From: Isurus oxyrinchus | Lineage: Eukaryota | Direction: 5' to 3' | Assembly: GCA_026770705.1 (NCBI GenBank) | Contig: JANJGN010000025.1 | Coordinates: 18,228,001-18,292,000, forward strand | DNA: 64,000 bases | Shown here: positions 37,085-51,013 of the stretch, piece by piece | Position numbering within the stretch: the stretch's first letter is position 1 | Layout: each line of letters starts with the position of its first letter | Translations under genes and position numbers: made by a program | Notes under the pieces: model-generated | Told to the model about the DNA's origin: nothing | What the model saw: only the letters and a program-made list of their open reading frames with translations | The model's database searches: none

Positions 37085-40000
37085 TTTAGGTTTTTTAGTG
37101 TTGGATAGGAACAGGATTGACCTCCACAGCCTGTCATACCTCACTATTCATGCTACCAAATGGAAGGATGGTTAATATTGGATGGCAAAGCCTTGCTGGC
37201 ACCCATAGAGCTGGATCTCAGCAAGGCTCTGGCTTGGAGAGTCAGGGCAGAAACTGGGAGAGAGAAATGGTGCAATAGCAGTGAGCATAGATGTTCTTCA
37301 CACGCAGTGACCCATGCAGATTAAATATATTTCTACCTATACCAAGATGTGCCCAAGCCATCAGTTGTGATTTTTCCGTCTTCCCTTTTAACCCATTGGT
37401 TTCCCCAGAAGTAGTTGTACTGCAATCACACAAGAAACAATTAGCAGGAGCAGTATTCCAGTACCTCGTCCAAGGGCTTATCATGCAGCATATACCTCAA
37501 CAGAGTATACTGTTGGGATCCATCACAGTAAAGCCCCATCGTCCGATGTCCACATACATTTTTCAGCAGTGGTCAATCAGAAGCAGGAACTCTGATTGAC
37601 TTTCCCTAACTCTCAGACACTGAAGCCAGCTAGTCTGTTCATCATGAAAGAACTGGAATGGTGTGAACAGGAGTCTCAAGTTGTTATACAAATAAAAACA
37701 GCGTACTTCAACTTTTCACTTTTGGCATTAGCAAAGCATCACACTGCAGAGTCTTGTGGATTGGTAACCTTAATTATTCATTTAAAAAGTTACACCAACA
37801 TGTCAGCCAAGCATTTTGGGCTACTTGCCAAATGCATCATTGCCAGCAAATGTTTGCTGACCATTCATTACCAATGACAAGCTGTAAATAGCTTTGCTTC
37901 AAAAAGGCAATTCCCTCATCGGTTCGAAATATTTGCGAATCTTAAAAGTCTTTCAAAAAAAAGGCTAGCAGGTCACCAGTAAGGGGGAAAAAACTAAGAT
38001 AAATCTGGGGTTAGAACCGTGGAGAAGTGGTTTTCTGAAGGGTCATTCCACCCACAGAAACCTTAATTTTGTGGTGATAAAGACAAAGACAAACCCCTGA
38101 AAAACCAGACCTCAGTTCTAAAAAGGTCCCCTCTGGGAGCAAGCAACAGATAAGGGCTGGCTAGACAAGACAAAAACAGTGTGCCTGTGCAGAAAATTTA
38201 CAGCTCTGTTTTTTTAAAAAGCTCTGATTACTTAATACAAGATGGGGTTTATCAGAGCAAGGCATGCAAAATGTTTGTCTGCTATCCAGGCTAAAGTTTT
38301 GACCTCAAGCAAAAAGTGGCTGCCTTTGCTGCTGTCCAGTACCTGGTGAGCTCACAGTATAATGTCCTGTAATAGTCCAGTGGGCTAGCCTGCTGGGGTG
38401 AATACAGTGCCCCAAGCCCATTCTTAGAACACAATAAAGCTGCAGCAATTATGCAGGAAAGAATCCAACCATGTTAGATGGTGACATCTGGGCCATGCCC
38501 TTTGACACGCTCAGAATCTGCCTTGACTAAAGTCTGCTTTTGAAGCAATGAGAGACTGAAGTCTGGGGGACTGCAAAGGGAGAAGTGACACAACAAAGCC
38601 AAAAGTAAGCTGTATGATATTACAGAAACCTCCTGAAAGGCTAGTTTTTCTACCCATAGCAGCTAGACAAAAGATATTGCTGCATTTAATATATGCAATC
38701 AGTGCAAGTATATCTAGGTTCTATCAGTGCAAGTAACAACCTAACCACTAATAAAAAGCTATTAAAACAATTCCCATATTTTGCAGCACAGTAAACATTC
38801 ACAGCACACTGGGATATATTTACACCATAGCAGGCCACATTCCATTCACATTTAGGTGATTCAAACTAAGTACAGCTATTTATCTGACTTTTACTGCTGT
38901 CTTCAATTCGTTATAAAATGATCAGGTTGACATGTACTGTATTTACATTGGGCATTCAAACGAGATAGGGGTGTTGCATAGTGAGCTGAATACAATTCTC
39001 TGATGGCAGTAAGTGGCAGCAGAAGTCAAAGTTGGGAGCTTATACCTCAAATCAAATTTGGAACAAATAATTCCTCTCCCTCTACATCAAATCATTTACT
39101 GTGGATCAAGAAAGTCAAATTTGCAATTGTAGAGCAAACCAGGTTTGAGAGATTTAATTGCTGCTCCCGTTGTAAATCCTTCCACTTCTTCATGGTCACC
39201 TGATGTTTATGATTTATTTGTGTAATCCTGCCGATCTCAAGCCTTTGTTCTGCCCCCTTTGAAGACCTTCGGGTCAAACACTCCCTCACTCCTCCACCCC
39301 ACCCCCATCTCCAATATAAATGGTTCTTTTTCTACTGGGCAGTGTTATTTGGAGGTGAAAAATCTTAATCAAGATAGTACCAAAAAAGGGTAAAAGAACA
39401 ATTAAGGGTGGTCTAGAAATTCCAGAATAATTTGCAACATTATAAGCAACTCATCCAGTACAGAGTTATTGAGATCCAGCTGATATTTCAATAACTAACA
39501 TAAACCATTGTAAATAGCAGTGTTAAGATACTGGGAAAGGGAGATGATATCTGTTTTGCCCAAAATATGCCCTCAGGCCTAGAAATACATTCTCTTCTAG
39601 AATCAGCACGGCTCTATTAGTTTCCATGGGTTAACTACCATTGTGACCTTGTAATAGAATGAAAACTTATATTTATCAAACTGGTTAAATTAAGACAACA
39701 ACCTTGTGCTTGATACAAAGAACAGAACTATTTCAACATAACTACACAACTTCGTTGGCTGCAGTAACCTTCTTGTCAACAATACTTTTGCCTCCCCACA
39801 GCTGTGACCTGCTCTGTAGTTCAGTGCTGCAATGATTTAACAGTACAAAGGGGTTTGTAGTTTTACTTTTAACAAACTGTTGAATGGAAATGTGTTTTTC
39901 ACTTAATGTAGTTTATGCACAATCACCTAACTGAGAAGGGATGAAAGTTATATCAAATGAACAAATCTCAAACATTCAACCTGAAGAAGTTCGTCTTTTT

Positions 40001-40093
40001 AATGTTGACTTTTAATATTTCCTTTTAATTAAAGTTAATTTAGACTTAACTAGTTCTCAGTGTCCTCTCAAGTAACTACATGAGTAAAACAGT

Positions 40094-40303
40094 AATAAAA
40101 ACAGAAAATGCTGGAAAAACCTCAGCAGGTCTGGCAGCACCTGTGGAGAGAGAAAGAGAGTTAATGTTGAGTCCGTATGAAGAGTCATATGGACTCGAAA
40201 CATTAACTGTTTTTCTCTCCACAGATGCTGCCAGACTTGCTGAGTTTTTCCAGCATTTTCTGTTTTTGTTTCAGATTTCCAGCATCCGCAGTATTTTGCT
40301 TTT
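40094..40303 (+). mobile_element. Short palindromic retro-insertion (family A, Penelope-like end) with a 14-bp TSD
   Basis: ATGAGTAAAACAGT at 40080-40093 and 40304-40317; ~85-bp inverted arms; partial hammerhead GAGTC-ATATG-GACTC-GAAAC. Confidence 0.8.
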
Positions 40304-41938
40304 ATGAGTAAAACAGTCTTTTATCCTTTGGTGATACAGTAGGGAGTTGGGCCTAATCCAAATACAGTTCAAATGAGCCAAGAGCCATTACCAACATTGG
40401 TGAAAGCAAACCATTTCTCTTGACATGCTGCAGGTATCTTCAATCTCTAATGTTCAGAGGTGACTTGTCTTCATCTGTTTTACCAGCAGCAGAAGGGATG
40501 GAAAGCATTGTTCATATTTTCTGAGGCCTATGCATGCACACTTGCCAATCTGTGTTTGGATTTGGCTTTGCAGGTAAACTGAATTAAGGGGGTGTTATTG
40601 GCGGGGCACATTTCTCCCCCATCCCAATTCATTGCTTTATATTTTCCAAACTAAAGATTGTGTATTTTTTATATATTCGTGAATTTTGGATAACTGGTAA
40701 TTCTACATTGTTCAGCTTACGGATTTCAAAATGAACAAGGTGTAAAAACTCTTGCAAAGAGTTTCAAAGCTGCTCATCAAGGCTACTTGAATGTTACACA
40801 ATTGAGGGATTTATGTAACTTGGAAACTACAGATGGTGTTTTTTTTTAAATGTTTTAAAAAAACAATTTGATAACATTCTTCTACTATTTAAACACACGT
40901 GTATAGAATTTGCACAAATCATGATGGACGAAAGATTACCCTTTGAAGACTATGGCGCTGTGGAACAGCAATTGGTCTATGGCTCAAACATTTCCCCATC
41001 TTGACACTTTTGAGAAGGCAACAGAGGGCACTTTTCTGTCTTTTTAATACAATGGAAGGAAAATGATACAGGAGATTTATCAAAATATTCTGACCATAAT
41101 TCTCCCTGGCATATCCTGGCTGTTCAATTTACTGGACCGAAAAATATTTAATGTATATAAAGCAGCAGCAGACATTCATACAATCGGCCCGGAAAGATTA
41201 TTTCAGATCTCTATTAGAGTAAGTCAAACTAACATAGCAAAGCTGCTTTACTGCAAGGTCAATTTCATTTAGCACATAAGAGTGATATTTTTGAAAGGGG
41301 TCAGTCAGATAAAAGAAAACACATGACCAGTGTTTCCAAACTCTCCCATACGAGTTAGATGCTTCCTTAAATTTAAAAATAGATATTAGAATTATCAATA
41401 GGAAATTTTATGTCAACATCTTCCTCTGAGGTTTTTTGAACTTGGGGCGAGAGGTCTCAACAAGCATGTGTAAGATTTCTATAGCAAGCTCCAATAATTA
41501 CAGAATGTGAAGTCTTCAAATAGCAAACAAGGAATTTCATATCTCACCACTAAAAATAAACAAAGTCATTCCAAAAACTAATATCTGTGTTCATACCATA
41601 GTCCAAAGCAGACACTTCTAATGATCTCGGGTCAATGTGAGGATGGAAATTGCAATTGAGGAAATTGCCCTTGATTTGGAATCCTGGATATGATCTGTGC
41701 TGAATGCTACCTACGCCCAAATAGACCACTGAATCTGAAAAGCTAAACTTTGCCATTAACATCACATTCCAATTTTTTACATTAGTGGCTAATGCAGCTT
41801 TAGTGTCCTTTATGTCATCATAACAATCCGAAGCACTTCACAGCCAATAAGATCCTTTTGGGGTGTAGTCACTCGTGTTACGGGGGCCAACACAGCAGCC
41901 AACTTATGAACAGCAAGATCCCACAAACAACAAATGAG

Positions 41939-42060
41939 CTCTGATGAAGTCATACGGATTTGAAACGGTCTTTCTCTCCACTGATGCTGTTATACCTGCT
42001 GAATTTTTCTAGCATTTTGTTTTTGTTTTAGATTTCCAACATCAGCAGTATTTTGCTTTT
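41939..42060 (+). mobile_element. Family A insertion nested inside a Deu-domain SINE
   Basis: CTGATGA AGTCATACGGATTT GAAAC at 41941-41966, then the family A body; the flanks continue a SacSINE1-like sequence. Confidence 0.65.
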
Positions 42061-42436
42061 AAATAAGGTTAATGACTAATTTACAGAAAATGCAGGTCAG
42101 GCAGGATATGAGGAGAACTGTATGCTTTTTGAATAGTGCCATGGAGTTTTTTTTTACATCCACCTGAGCAGTGAGGTAGGCCTTTGTTCAACATTTCATC
42201 ACAGGAAAGCTACATAAACTTCATGCACTGTAATTACACCCTCTTGCCAGTGGTGGCAGTTTAGTGCCTCAATTTTGCATATTCCAGCCGTTTCCAAAAA
42301 AACGCTACACTACAAGTAACTTCCTGACCCGTTTTTTTCTAATCCTTTAAAATATCTCTTTTTTTGGCGGTGGTGGTAGTGGTGGGGAGTGAGGGGAACC
42401 AGTTATCAAAGCTCAACTCAATCCAAGATATTTGAA

Positions 42437-42643
42437 TAAAAGCAAAATGCTGCAGATGCTGGAAATCTGAAACAAATACAGAAAATGCTGGAAAAACTCA
42501 GCAGGTCTAGCAGCATCTGTGGAGAGAGAAACAGAGTTAACGTTTCAAGCCCATATGACCCTCCTGCAGACCCTCTGAAGAAGGGTCATAATGGGCTCGA
42601 AACATTAACTCCGTTTCTCTCTCCACAGATGCTGCTAGACCTG
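42437..42643 (-). mobile_element. Family A palindromic insertion with a degenerate 14-bp TSD
   Basis: CCAAGATATTTGAA (42423-42436) vs CCAAGACATTTAAA (42644-42657); inverted arms; CTGAAGA...GAAAC on the plus strand from 42575. Confidence 0.75.
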
Positions 42644-42990
42644 CCAAGACATTTAAAGTTGAAGGTTTACTATAATAACTTTGGTAAATTCGAATTGCAG
42701 CCCCTTCACATGACCCTCTTTCCATCACCTGGCAGTAATGTGAAGTCACTTGCAGAGAAAGTTATGAACCTAATTTTTTTTTTTAGGTCCATACAAAATG
42801 TTGCTTTGATAATGGGGTGTGTGGATAATGGAGATTCTCCATTTTTATTGATAAGGGTTGGAGACTGATAAATCATTGGTTAAAATTTGAGGTGACTGTT
42901 GAGATCTGTAGACTGTGAACACAATTGCATAAATATCCCTCCTTCAAAGGAGGAAGCTATTTCAATATTGGGTAGAGGGCTAGGGCAATG

Positions 42991-43022
42991 TCTCTCCCTC
43001 TCTCTCTCTCTCTCTCTCTCCC
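42991..43022. repeat. (CT)n microsatellite
   Basis: Visible run. Confidence 0.9.
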
Positions 43023-44942
43023 CTTGGTGCATAAAAGCCTAGAAAATACATGGTAAAATTAGCTCTTATTTGCAGAGAGTAAATGCTTATCAAATGGTAT
43101 ATGCTTTGATTTATAATGGACAGAATCAGCAGCACTGGTTGACAGCTTCAGTGTCAACTGGACAAAATTAGGCTCCATGGTGGAGAAACCTGTTTGCGTA
43201 ATGTTGCTGCACAGATTTGCGTCGATTTCCTGCAGACAGGCTGCCTGTGCGATCTTCTTCATTGAAGAACACTGCATGGGCCATCCAGGTAGTGGCCCAC
43301 AGTGCAGCTTGCCCTGATTTCTCCACGAGTATGTTTAATAAACCAATTCATGCAATTCTTAAAACATTTTAACAGGCACTATTATATATGCACATTTTTT
43401 GAAAGGTTTGTAATTTTGCAACACTGTTGTTAACTGCATACGGTGCAAATGAAAGGACTTTAAAGAATCACTGCAATGCAATGCATCAAGGATGAAAATA
43501 AATTAATGGCAGTTTAATTTTTCAATCCATAATGTTAACAAACATTCTGATCCAATTTCGTGAAAGCATTCAAATTTAGCTTTTCAACCGAGCAGTTTCT
43601 ATTTCTGAACAGCTTTCAGAACCTTTGTTGTGATAAGTTGAAGCATCTTTTCAAAGTGACTTAGTTATACATTGAAGGACTTCACACATCTGAGGGCTTC
43701 TCATTCTTCTGAGAATAATCAATAGAAGATACATCTTGCCTTACAATTTGATTAAGTGAAGAGAAATTATTCAATTCAAACTGCACATTTAAATGACCAC
43801 TTTTTTTTAATAATTGTTAAAAATAAATGATTTGTTTTCAAAGTTGCTCTCAAATTCGTTAAAACTGTTCACTGCAATTTTCTTGTAACCTGAAGTTTTT
43901 GGAGTGATTCTACACTACATAGCTTTCCACTTCGAATGTAGAAAATCAACAGATTCCAGAAAAGGATCTACAAACACTCAATGTCTAATAAAAAAACGTC
44001 TAATAAAAAAAACGTCCAAAGCAAAAATTCGATGTTCTTAGAATGTGCTGTTTATGGAAAAGCAGAATGGGAGCCTTCATTACCGACACTTACTGCACTG
44101 TCTTGGCAGTAAATACTTTTTCTTCTGATTATCCAGCAGGAATATTATATAAACCAGGCTCAAGTAAATCAAAGAGGGATTTGCTTGGATGTGCTTAACA
44201 GCTGATAAGAGGATTGGTTTCCTATGCAGAACTACTACTGCAGTTTTCTGGTTATGCATACATCTATTCACTGTATAGATTTGCATTAATAAAGCAATGT
44301 GTAAAATTAATATGGCAGCAGGTCATTACTAAAGGTTTAACCACAGCCAGAGAACTTACTGATAGGCATTACCATACATTAGGCATTTGGGTCACTCCAA
44401 AGAAAAGTGTATTACATTAATGATTCACCAAAGATAAATACAGCAAGCTATTAACACTGTTTACAAGTCATTCTAATATTTACTTATATCATTACTTGCT
44501 CATCCACTGGTCTTATCTTTTATTTATTCAAACAGGATCTTACAGTCTTGCTGATAATTAATCAGATAAAATTAGGCCTTTTTTGATCTCACTGTGCTGT
44601 GAAAGCCTACTGTCATAAATTAAGTGTAATGTTTTGAAGATGTCCCTTCATCAACTAATTGTGACCTTTGGATTTCTGACAAACATATGGCCTCATTTCT
44701 GAGGCAAGGAACAGCAGCTGCTTCAATGCTGCACTCATTTTCTGCTACAAACTGCCCTACAGTCTACAATGATAGCAGATCTTACAAAACCCGTACAGGG
44801 ACAATTTACTACAATTTGGCCACATTTCCTCTTAGAACATCTACTACAGTTTATACTCGCAGCTATCCTTTTAGGGGGGAAAAAAGAATAAAAAAAACTT
44901 AAGATTGGTACAGCAACTTTCACGGCCTCAGTGTATATCCCA

Positions 44943-45342
44943 CAGCATTTTTCAACCAATGTGGTACAGTTTTTTTGAAGTGTAATATAGGAAATGTGGC
45001 AGTCAGTTTGCACACAGCAAGGTCCCATAAAGAGCAACGAGATTGTGAGCAAATATTCAGATTATTTTTAAAAAGTAAGGTTGGTTGCAGGATGAATATT
45101 GGCTAAGGCACTAGGGAGAACTTCCCCCGCTTTTGAAAAAAAATAGCACCGTGGAATCTTTCACACCCACCCAAGGAGGTTCAGTTCAACACTCTTCTGA
45201 AAGATGGCGTCTCCAACAGTGCAGCACTTCCTCAATACTGTACTGGGGCATCAACCTAGATTATATAAGCAAATCTCTGGAGTGGGACCAAATCCACAAT
45301 CTCGACTCAGGAGGAGACTAGCCACTGTGCAAGGCTGATACC
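44943..45342 (-). mobile_element. Deu-domain SINE (SacSINE1-like); fragments also at ~9210-9330, ~41790-42230 and ~80-150
   Basis: CAGTGCAGCACTTCCTCAATACTG and GGCAGTCAGTTTGCACACAGCAAGGTCCCA match my recollection of the SacSINE1 consensus (reverse complement). Confidence 0.65.
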
Positions 45343-45934
45343 TTGGCCCCGCGAGGTCTTTCAAAATACAACATAGTTTCAGTATTTTATATGCAAGATA
45401 AAACCAACAGAATAATCTGCTATTAATAATTTAGAGGCCCAATAATTCAAAATAAAACCTATTTATTATTGACACAAGAATGGGCACTTTAAAAAAAATT
45501 GTCAAACCAGCATGAATTCCTTCAATTTCGTTTAACTGTTTAGGGATTTCTAACATGTTGTTATGTAGGTATAAAGAATTTGAATAGCATATCACAATTC
45601 AGTAAATAAAGAGTTTTTTTGATTGATAGTTTCAAGCGGGTAAAAGCCCAAGGGGCCTAAATAATTTGAATTAAATGTTAATGCTCATATCAAAAGTTGG
45701 CTTACATTTTACTTGTTATTCAACTGCGTAGTTGGTAGTCCTTACAGTTATATATGATTCTGGGTATTAAAGTTTAAATTTAATTGTGTTTAAAAAAAAC
45801 TGAATTATAATTAAACAAAGGAAATAAAGCTACGATGAGTATTACTTTATTCATGATAATCAAGACTAATAAAGCACATGATGAATAATGGCAAATTGCC
45901 AAATTAACAATAATGCTCTCTTATTCAATCACCA

Positions 45935-47170
45935 TAGATTTCTGGAATGGTTACAGCACCAAATGTGGCCATTTGGCCCACTGTGTCTGTGCTGGCTCTT
46001 TAAAAACAACTCTAAGTCCCACCCATTTTTTCACAATAGCCCAACAAATATTTTCTCCTCAGATAACGATCCAAATCCATTTTGAAAGCCAAGATTAAAT
46101 CTGCCTTCACCAACCTCAAGCAGTGCGTTCCAGGTCCAAGCCACTCACTGCATAAAAAGTTTTTCGTAATGTCGCCTTAGGCTCTTTTACCATTCACTTT
46201 AAATTGGTGTCCTCTGGTTCCTCTGCCAATGGGAACAGTTTCTATCTATCTATCTGTCCAGAGCCCTCATGATGTTGAAGACCACCAAATTTCTTCTCAA
46301 CTCTCTCTCTTTAAAAAGCAAGCAACCCCAGTTTGTCCAAAATTTCCATGTAACTGAAGTCTCCCATCCCTGGAACCATGTTTGTTAATCTTTTCTCTAT
46401 CCTCTCTAAAACCTTCACATCTTTCCTAAAATGTGGTGCCCAGAATTGGACACAATACTCCAGTTGAGTTCAGATCAATATTTTATTAAAGTTCATCATA
46501 ACTTTCTTGCTTTTGTGCTCTATGTCTTTCTTTATGAAGCCCAGGATCCAGTATGTCTTATTAACTGCTTTCTTAACCTGTCTTGCCATCTCCAGTGCAT
46601 CCATTCCATAAGCCTGTCCATGTCCTCTTGAAGGCTATCACTATTCACTGACACAATACTTCAAAATTTCATGTCTGCATATTTTGAAATTGTGCCCTGC
46701 ATACCCACGTCTAGGTCATTAATATAGATCATGAAAAATAATGGTCCAAGCACTGACCCCTGGAGAACCTCATTGTATAGCTTCTTCCAGCCCAAGAAAC
46801 AACCATTCACCACTACTGTGTTTCCTGTCACTCAGCCAACTTCGTACCCATGCTGTCACTGTCCCTTTTATTCCATGGGCTGCAACTTGGCTGACAAGCC
46901 TATTACTGACCCTTTATGAAATGCTTTTTGGAAGTCCATATCCACCACATCAACAACATTACCTTCATCAACCTTCTCTGCTACCTCATCAAAAACTCAA
47001 TCAAGTTAAACACAATTTGCCTTTAACTAATCAATGCTGGCTTTCCTTAACTAATCTACATTTAGCCAAGTGACTCTTAATTTTGTTCTGGATCATCATT
47101 TCTAAAAGTATCTCCACCAAAGGTAAAACAGACCGGCCTGTAGTTGCTGGGTTTATTCATAGATCTTTTT
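45935..47170 (-). mobile_element. Degraded CR1 LINE fragment
   Basis: Reverse-complement matches to CR1 RT and 3' motifs (CACTGACCCCTGG, TGGTGCCCAGAATTGGACACAATACTCCAG, ATGCTTTTTGGAAGTCCA). Confidence 0.75.
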
Positions 47171-50153
47171 TATTTAAAGCCTTCTCAAACCCATAAAAGA
47201 GCCTTTTGCCTGGTTTTCAGAAGGCCATCCCCTACTCAATGTTCAAGCTGAAAAATCATTAGCAGCTGAAACTAGAAGAAACTAAGCAGTGTCATCTAGT
47301 GTCAACAAGTTTACAGGCAGTGCCCAACTCTCTTGAAGATAAGTACATAAGGCAAATCTCAACACAATGGCTTCAGTGATTCAGCTATTCATACTTGACC
47401 TCTGTAACCAATTGCTTAGTAAAATTAACTAAAGCTTTGGATGGACATCTTGAATAACATTAAACTGCAATAAATTTTTTTAGAGAGTCATCATAGGTAA
47501 AATGACAGGAGAATTATATCCAAATTTAAAAAGCTACAAACATTCCAACCCTGATACCATTGAGCTCACAACAGAGAATACATCATGTTTATCATTATCT
47601 GTTCCTCCTTAGCCTTAACCTTCTAGCTCATGGTCCAATGATAACTCACTGCGTTTAAGACTCATCATTCCATTATAAATTTAGTGCTCCCCCGAGATAA
47701 GATTCCTCAATGGCTTTCTCTTCAGTTGTAACATAGCACTCTTTGTCTATAAACAGAATAGTATATGTCCATTCAGCAATTATGTAAAACAAAAGCTCTT
47801 CACTTGGTTAACAGGGCCATTAGGATTTTGCAGCCAATTACTAGAATGGTCCTATCTGTTTTAATACCAGATTTTTAAAAATTTGACAATTGACATTCCT
47901 GTGCATTGGCATTGTCACACAAAAAGTATTTACATATACACCATACATCTATTTCTAACCTTTTGTTACTTCAGACTTCTCATTTCTCATGTCCTTCAGT
48001 TAGAAGGGTAAGCAGTGTAGGCCCACCAGTATCCATCCGTGGTCTGGGCATTTTTTCTAATATTAAGGTGAGTATTTAACTTGCACAAAATGCTCTGGCG
48101 AAATGGAAGTGCCAGAAACAATGACCACTTGCATGGAAATCCAACAAAGGCTACTAAGTTACCAACAGAGTCCAGAGGCTTTGTTGTGAAGATGAATTAG
48201 TTCAAAAGTGGCTTGTTTTTGTATTAAATATTTATGTCAAAGCATTTTCTCACCTTTAGACCATGTGATTTTAGGTATTTTCTAACATTGCGGTTTTATA
48301 TATGGGAATGCTATTTACCAGTCCTAAGTGTGTTACTTTCTCAATCTTGTGCAAAATATAATATGCAATCATGTGCTTGGAAAGTTTCCAGGACTTCACC
48401 TGAGAAATATGCAGTCATGGTTACAACACAAATGTCAAAAAGAGAAAAGGCAACAGGAACTACAATATAACAAATTATTGGATTTTATTTGAGATGGGAA
48501 AACATTTAAGACTACTGAATTCAAAATGTTATGTTTAAGTAAAACGCATGCAGTTAATCATTACGTTTTTACAAATAGATAACCACAACTTCCTCTAGTC
48601 ATCCGTGCATTAACACTTAAAATATCTAACATTTTGACCTGCATTTAAAGTAGGATTTCCCTAAGAATATTATCAATATATAATCAAGATATTTGCACAC
48701 AAGTTCAATGATGGGACACTTAACAGTATTAATGTCTTACATTCTATTTATGCAAAGAAACAGTTCTTCTTAATAAAAGCAGTAAATAAAAATTTAAGCT
48801 GGCTCATTTGTTCAGTCACTTCTATGGCATTACTAGACATTGTCCAATAAAAAGTACTGATCATCAGCTACATTTAAAACAAAACAAATATACAGTTTTT
48901 GCTTGATTAAATTTTTATGTTGAAACTATTCAAAAATCTAATACACATTTTGAAGCTAACACACTCTTCAAAATGGAGCTACTTTTCAAATTGAGCTTTC
49001 AGATGGTCACCATAAAGGGTTGTGTCTCATTATAAAATGGCACACTTCCATACAGGTGTTCTTAACTTTATTACATTTTCACACCTTGTTAACTCGCAGC
49101 AACTATTTAAACACAAACAGCTAGTAAAAGACTCCATTTCCTACCAATTTGCCTCCCCTTTTCATAGTACTTAGCCCAATTTGTGTTGTCTTTCAGGCCC
49201 ACCCTGGCCTGTATAATTTTATTGCACCCTGGGAGACCACCATTAAAGCAGGCCTCCAGTGCATAGGCTGAAATTACCAAAAGAACACAAGCTCCACCCC
49301 AGCGTGTACCCAGCTCCTGTTATCATATCCCACCTGAAAACATGTCAAACACTAAAATATCACTCTACAGTAACAAACAAAACTGAGCCCAAATCTAGTG
49401 TCCTGTAACAAATAGCTAATTCCTGAAGTATAATTCTCAATACTGTGTTATGCTTTTCTAAATATGTCTGCCTGTACATTTCCTCTCCTCCTACAATAGG
49501 CAGTGGTTCATATTGGGGTCCTCTTAGGTATTTATATTGACCATTTTTCAGGTAGAAGTCGAGAAACTGCTTTTTGTTTTGCTATTCAGCCATGCAGCAT
49601 CAAAATAGAACCCAATCCCAACTTCACCTGTTATCCACACGCACATGTGCTTTCCAGCTGGAGTTATTCGATAGCAATCTTGTAGCAACCCTGGACAATT
49701 TCTTTCCTCCTCCTAATGTTGAGGCCTCAGCCAATTCCAGCAAATAACCCTCAGAACTAAACAACTATTGACAGACCAACTGAGATCAGCCAAGCAAAAA
49801 CCAAGGATCAAAACCTGGGACTTTCTGATCTGCACAGCTCACCACAAGACCAGTCAGTGCATCTACATATTTACACTACAGTGCACTTTCCACATGGTTA
49901 CTTTGAAACAGGGGGATTTAACGTGTTATCTATAGGACAACATAGGGTTCTCAAAATTCGGGAAATCCAATGGTTGAAACCCAGATGCCTCAATCCTGTT
50001 TGTACCATATATATTACATTATTCAAATGGCTTGGCCAGTGATGACTTGATAATGTTATTCTTAGCAATGTTACCCAATTGGTAGATTAATGCCATACCA
50101 GGACATAACAAAAATATGCAAATTATCAAAAAGATTGGCTCTGGGTCTAAATG

Positions 50154-50203
50154 TTAGATTTAAAAGAACATAATAGAATTAGATTTAAGAGAACATAATA
50201 GAA
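50154..50203. repeat. 25-bp tandem duplication
   Basis: TTAGATTTAAAAGAACATAATAGAA followed by TTAGATTTAAGAGAACATAATAGAA. Confidence 0.85.
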
Positions 50204-50439
50204 TTTTGCTGTGTAAACAGGCAGCAGGTTAACATACAAGATAAAGTGATGCTTCTCCAAGAATGAAATCATAAAATCAGCATTAACACAATGGGGACCT
50301 CTGTCTGAAGATTGCACGTGGTATTTTCAAACAGAGTGAATCACATTTAAGTATAAAATTAAAACCACTGCAAAATCCACCTTAATATTTCCAACAGGAA
50401 AAATCTATAATTAAGTTTGAACACAATGTATTCACACTG

Positions 50440-51000
50440 CCACAGATCTCAATCCAAGTTTGCTACTTTCCTTTTACCAAATCCATTAGCCATATCACCT
50501 GTTTCCCTCTCTAAAAGATCATATGCATCTACTTGGACCTCATTATTCACCAGTAAAACCCTCATGTCTCCACTGCTAGTTTGATCCAATGCTTTTCCAA
50601 GCTGCATCCTACAGAAACTTACAACGCACCCAGAGCTTTAATATCCATAGATTATTCGATCTGAAGACCTATACATATCCACCAACCCATTCTCATTAAT
50701 AATGCATTGGTTTCCCAATTTGCCATGTGTTGATTTCAATATGTTCATTCTCATTTGTAAATCACTCTGATACCTCTGCTACCTTCTCCAGCCCAAGATC
50801 CCAATTCAATTTCTGTTCCTCTGATTCTAATCTATTATGGGCCCCTTCCATCTGTTTACTCCATTAGGCTCTTGAGCTATCAAAATCCTGTGCTCTATAC
50901 TTATCTTCCTCACCTATATTTATCTTCCTTAACTCCTCCAATCTAGGTACATCTGCTTCTACCTTTAACAACCTATACAAAACCTAACTTTCTAATCTCA
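50440..51000 (+). mobile_element. Degraded L2-like 3' fragment
   Basis: Remnants resembling ETL.H...S....SN and LHWFPI..RIDF-type L2 C-terminal sequence. Confidence 0.4.
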
Positions 51001-51013
51001 CTTTGTCTTGGAA

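Noticed and set aside
40094-40303. Pre-miRNA or DNA-transposon MITE interpretation of the hairpin
   Set aside because: Multicopy, asymmetric arms and a 14-bp TSD fit a retro-insertion with an inverted 5' segment.
43983-44015. Short tandem duplications (also at ~8450, ~61396 and ~62460)
   Set aside because: Ordinary slippage duplications with no functional signal.
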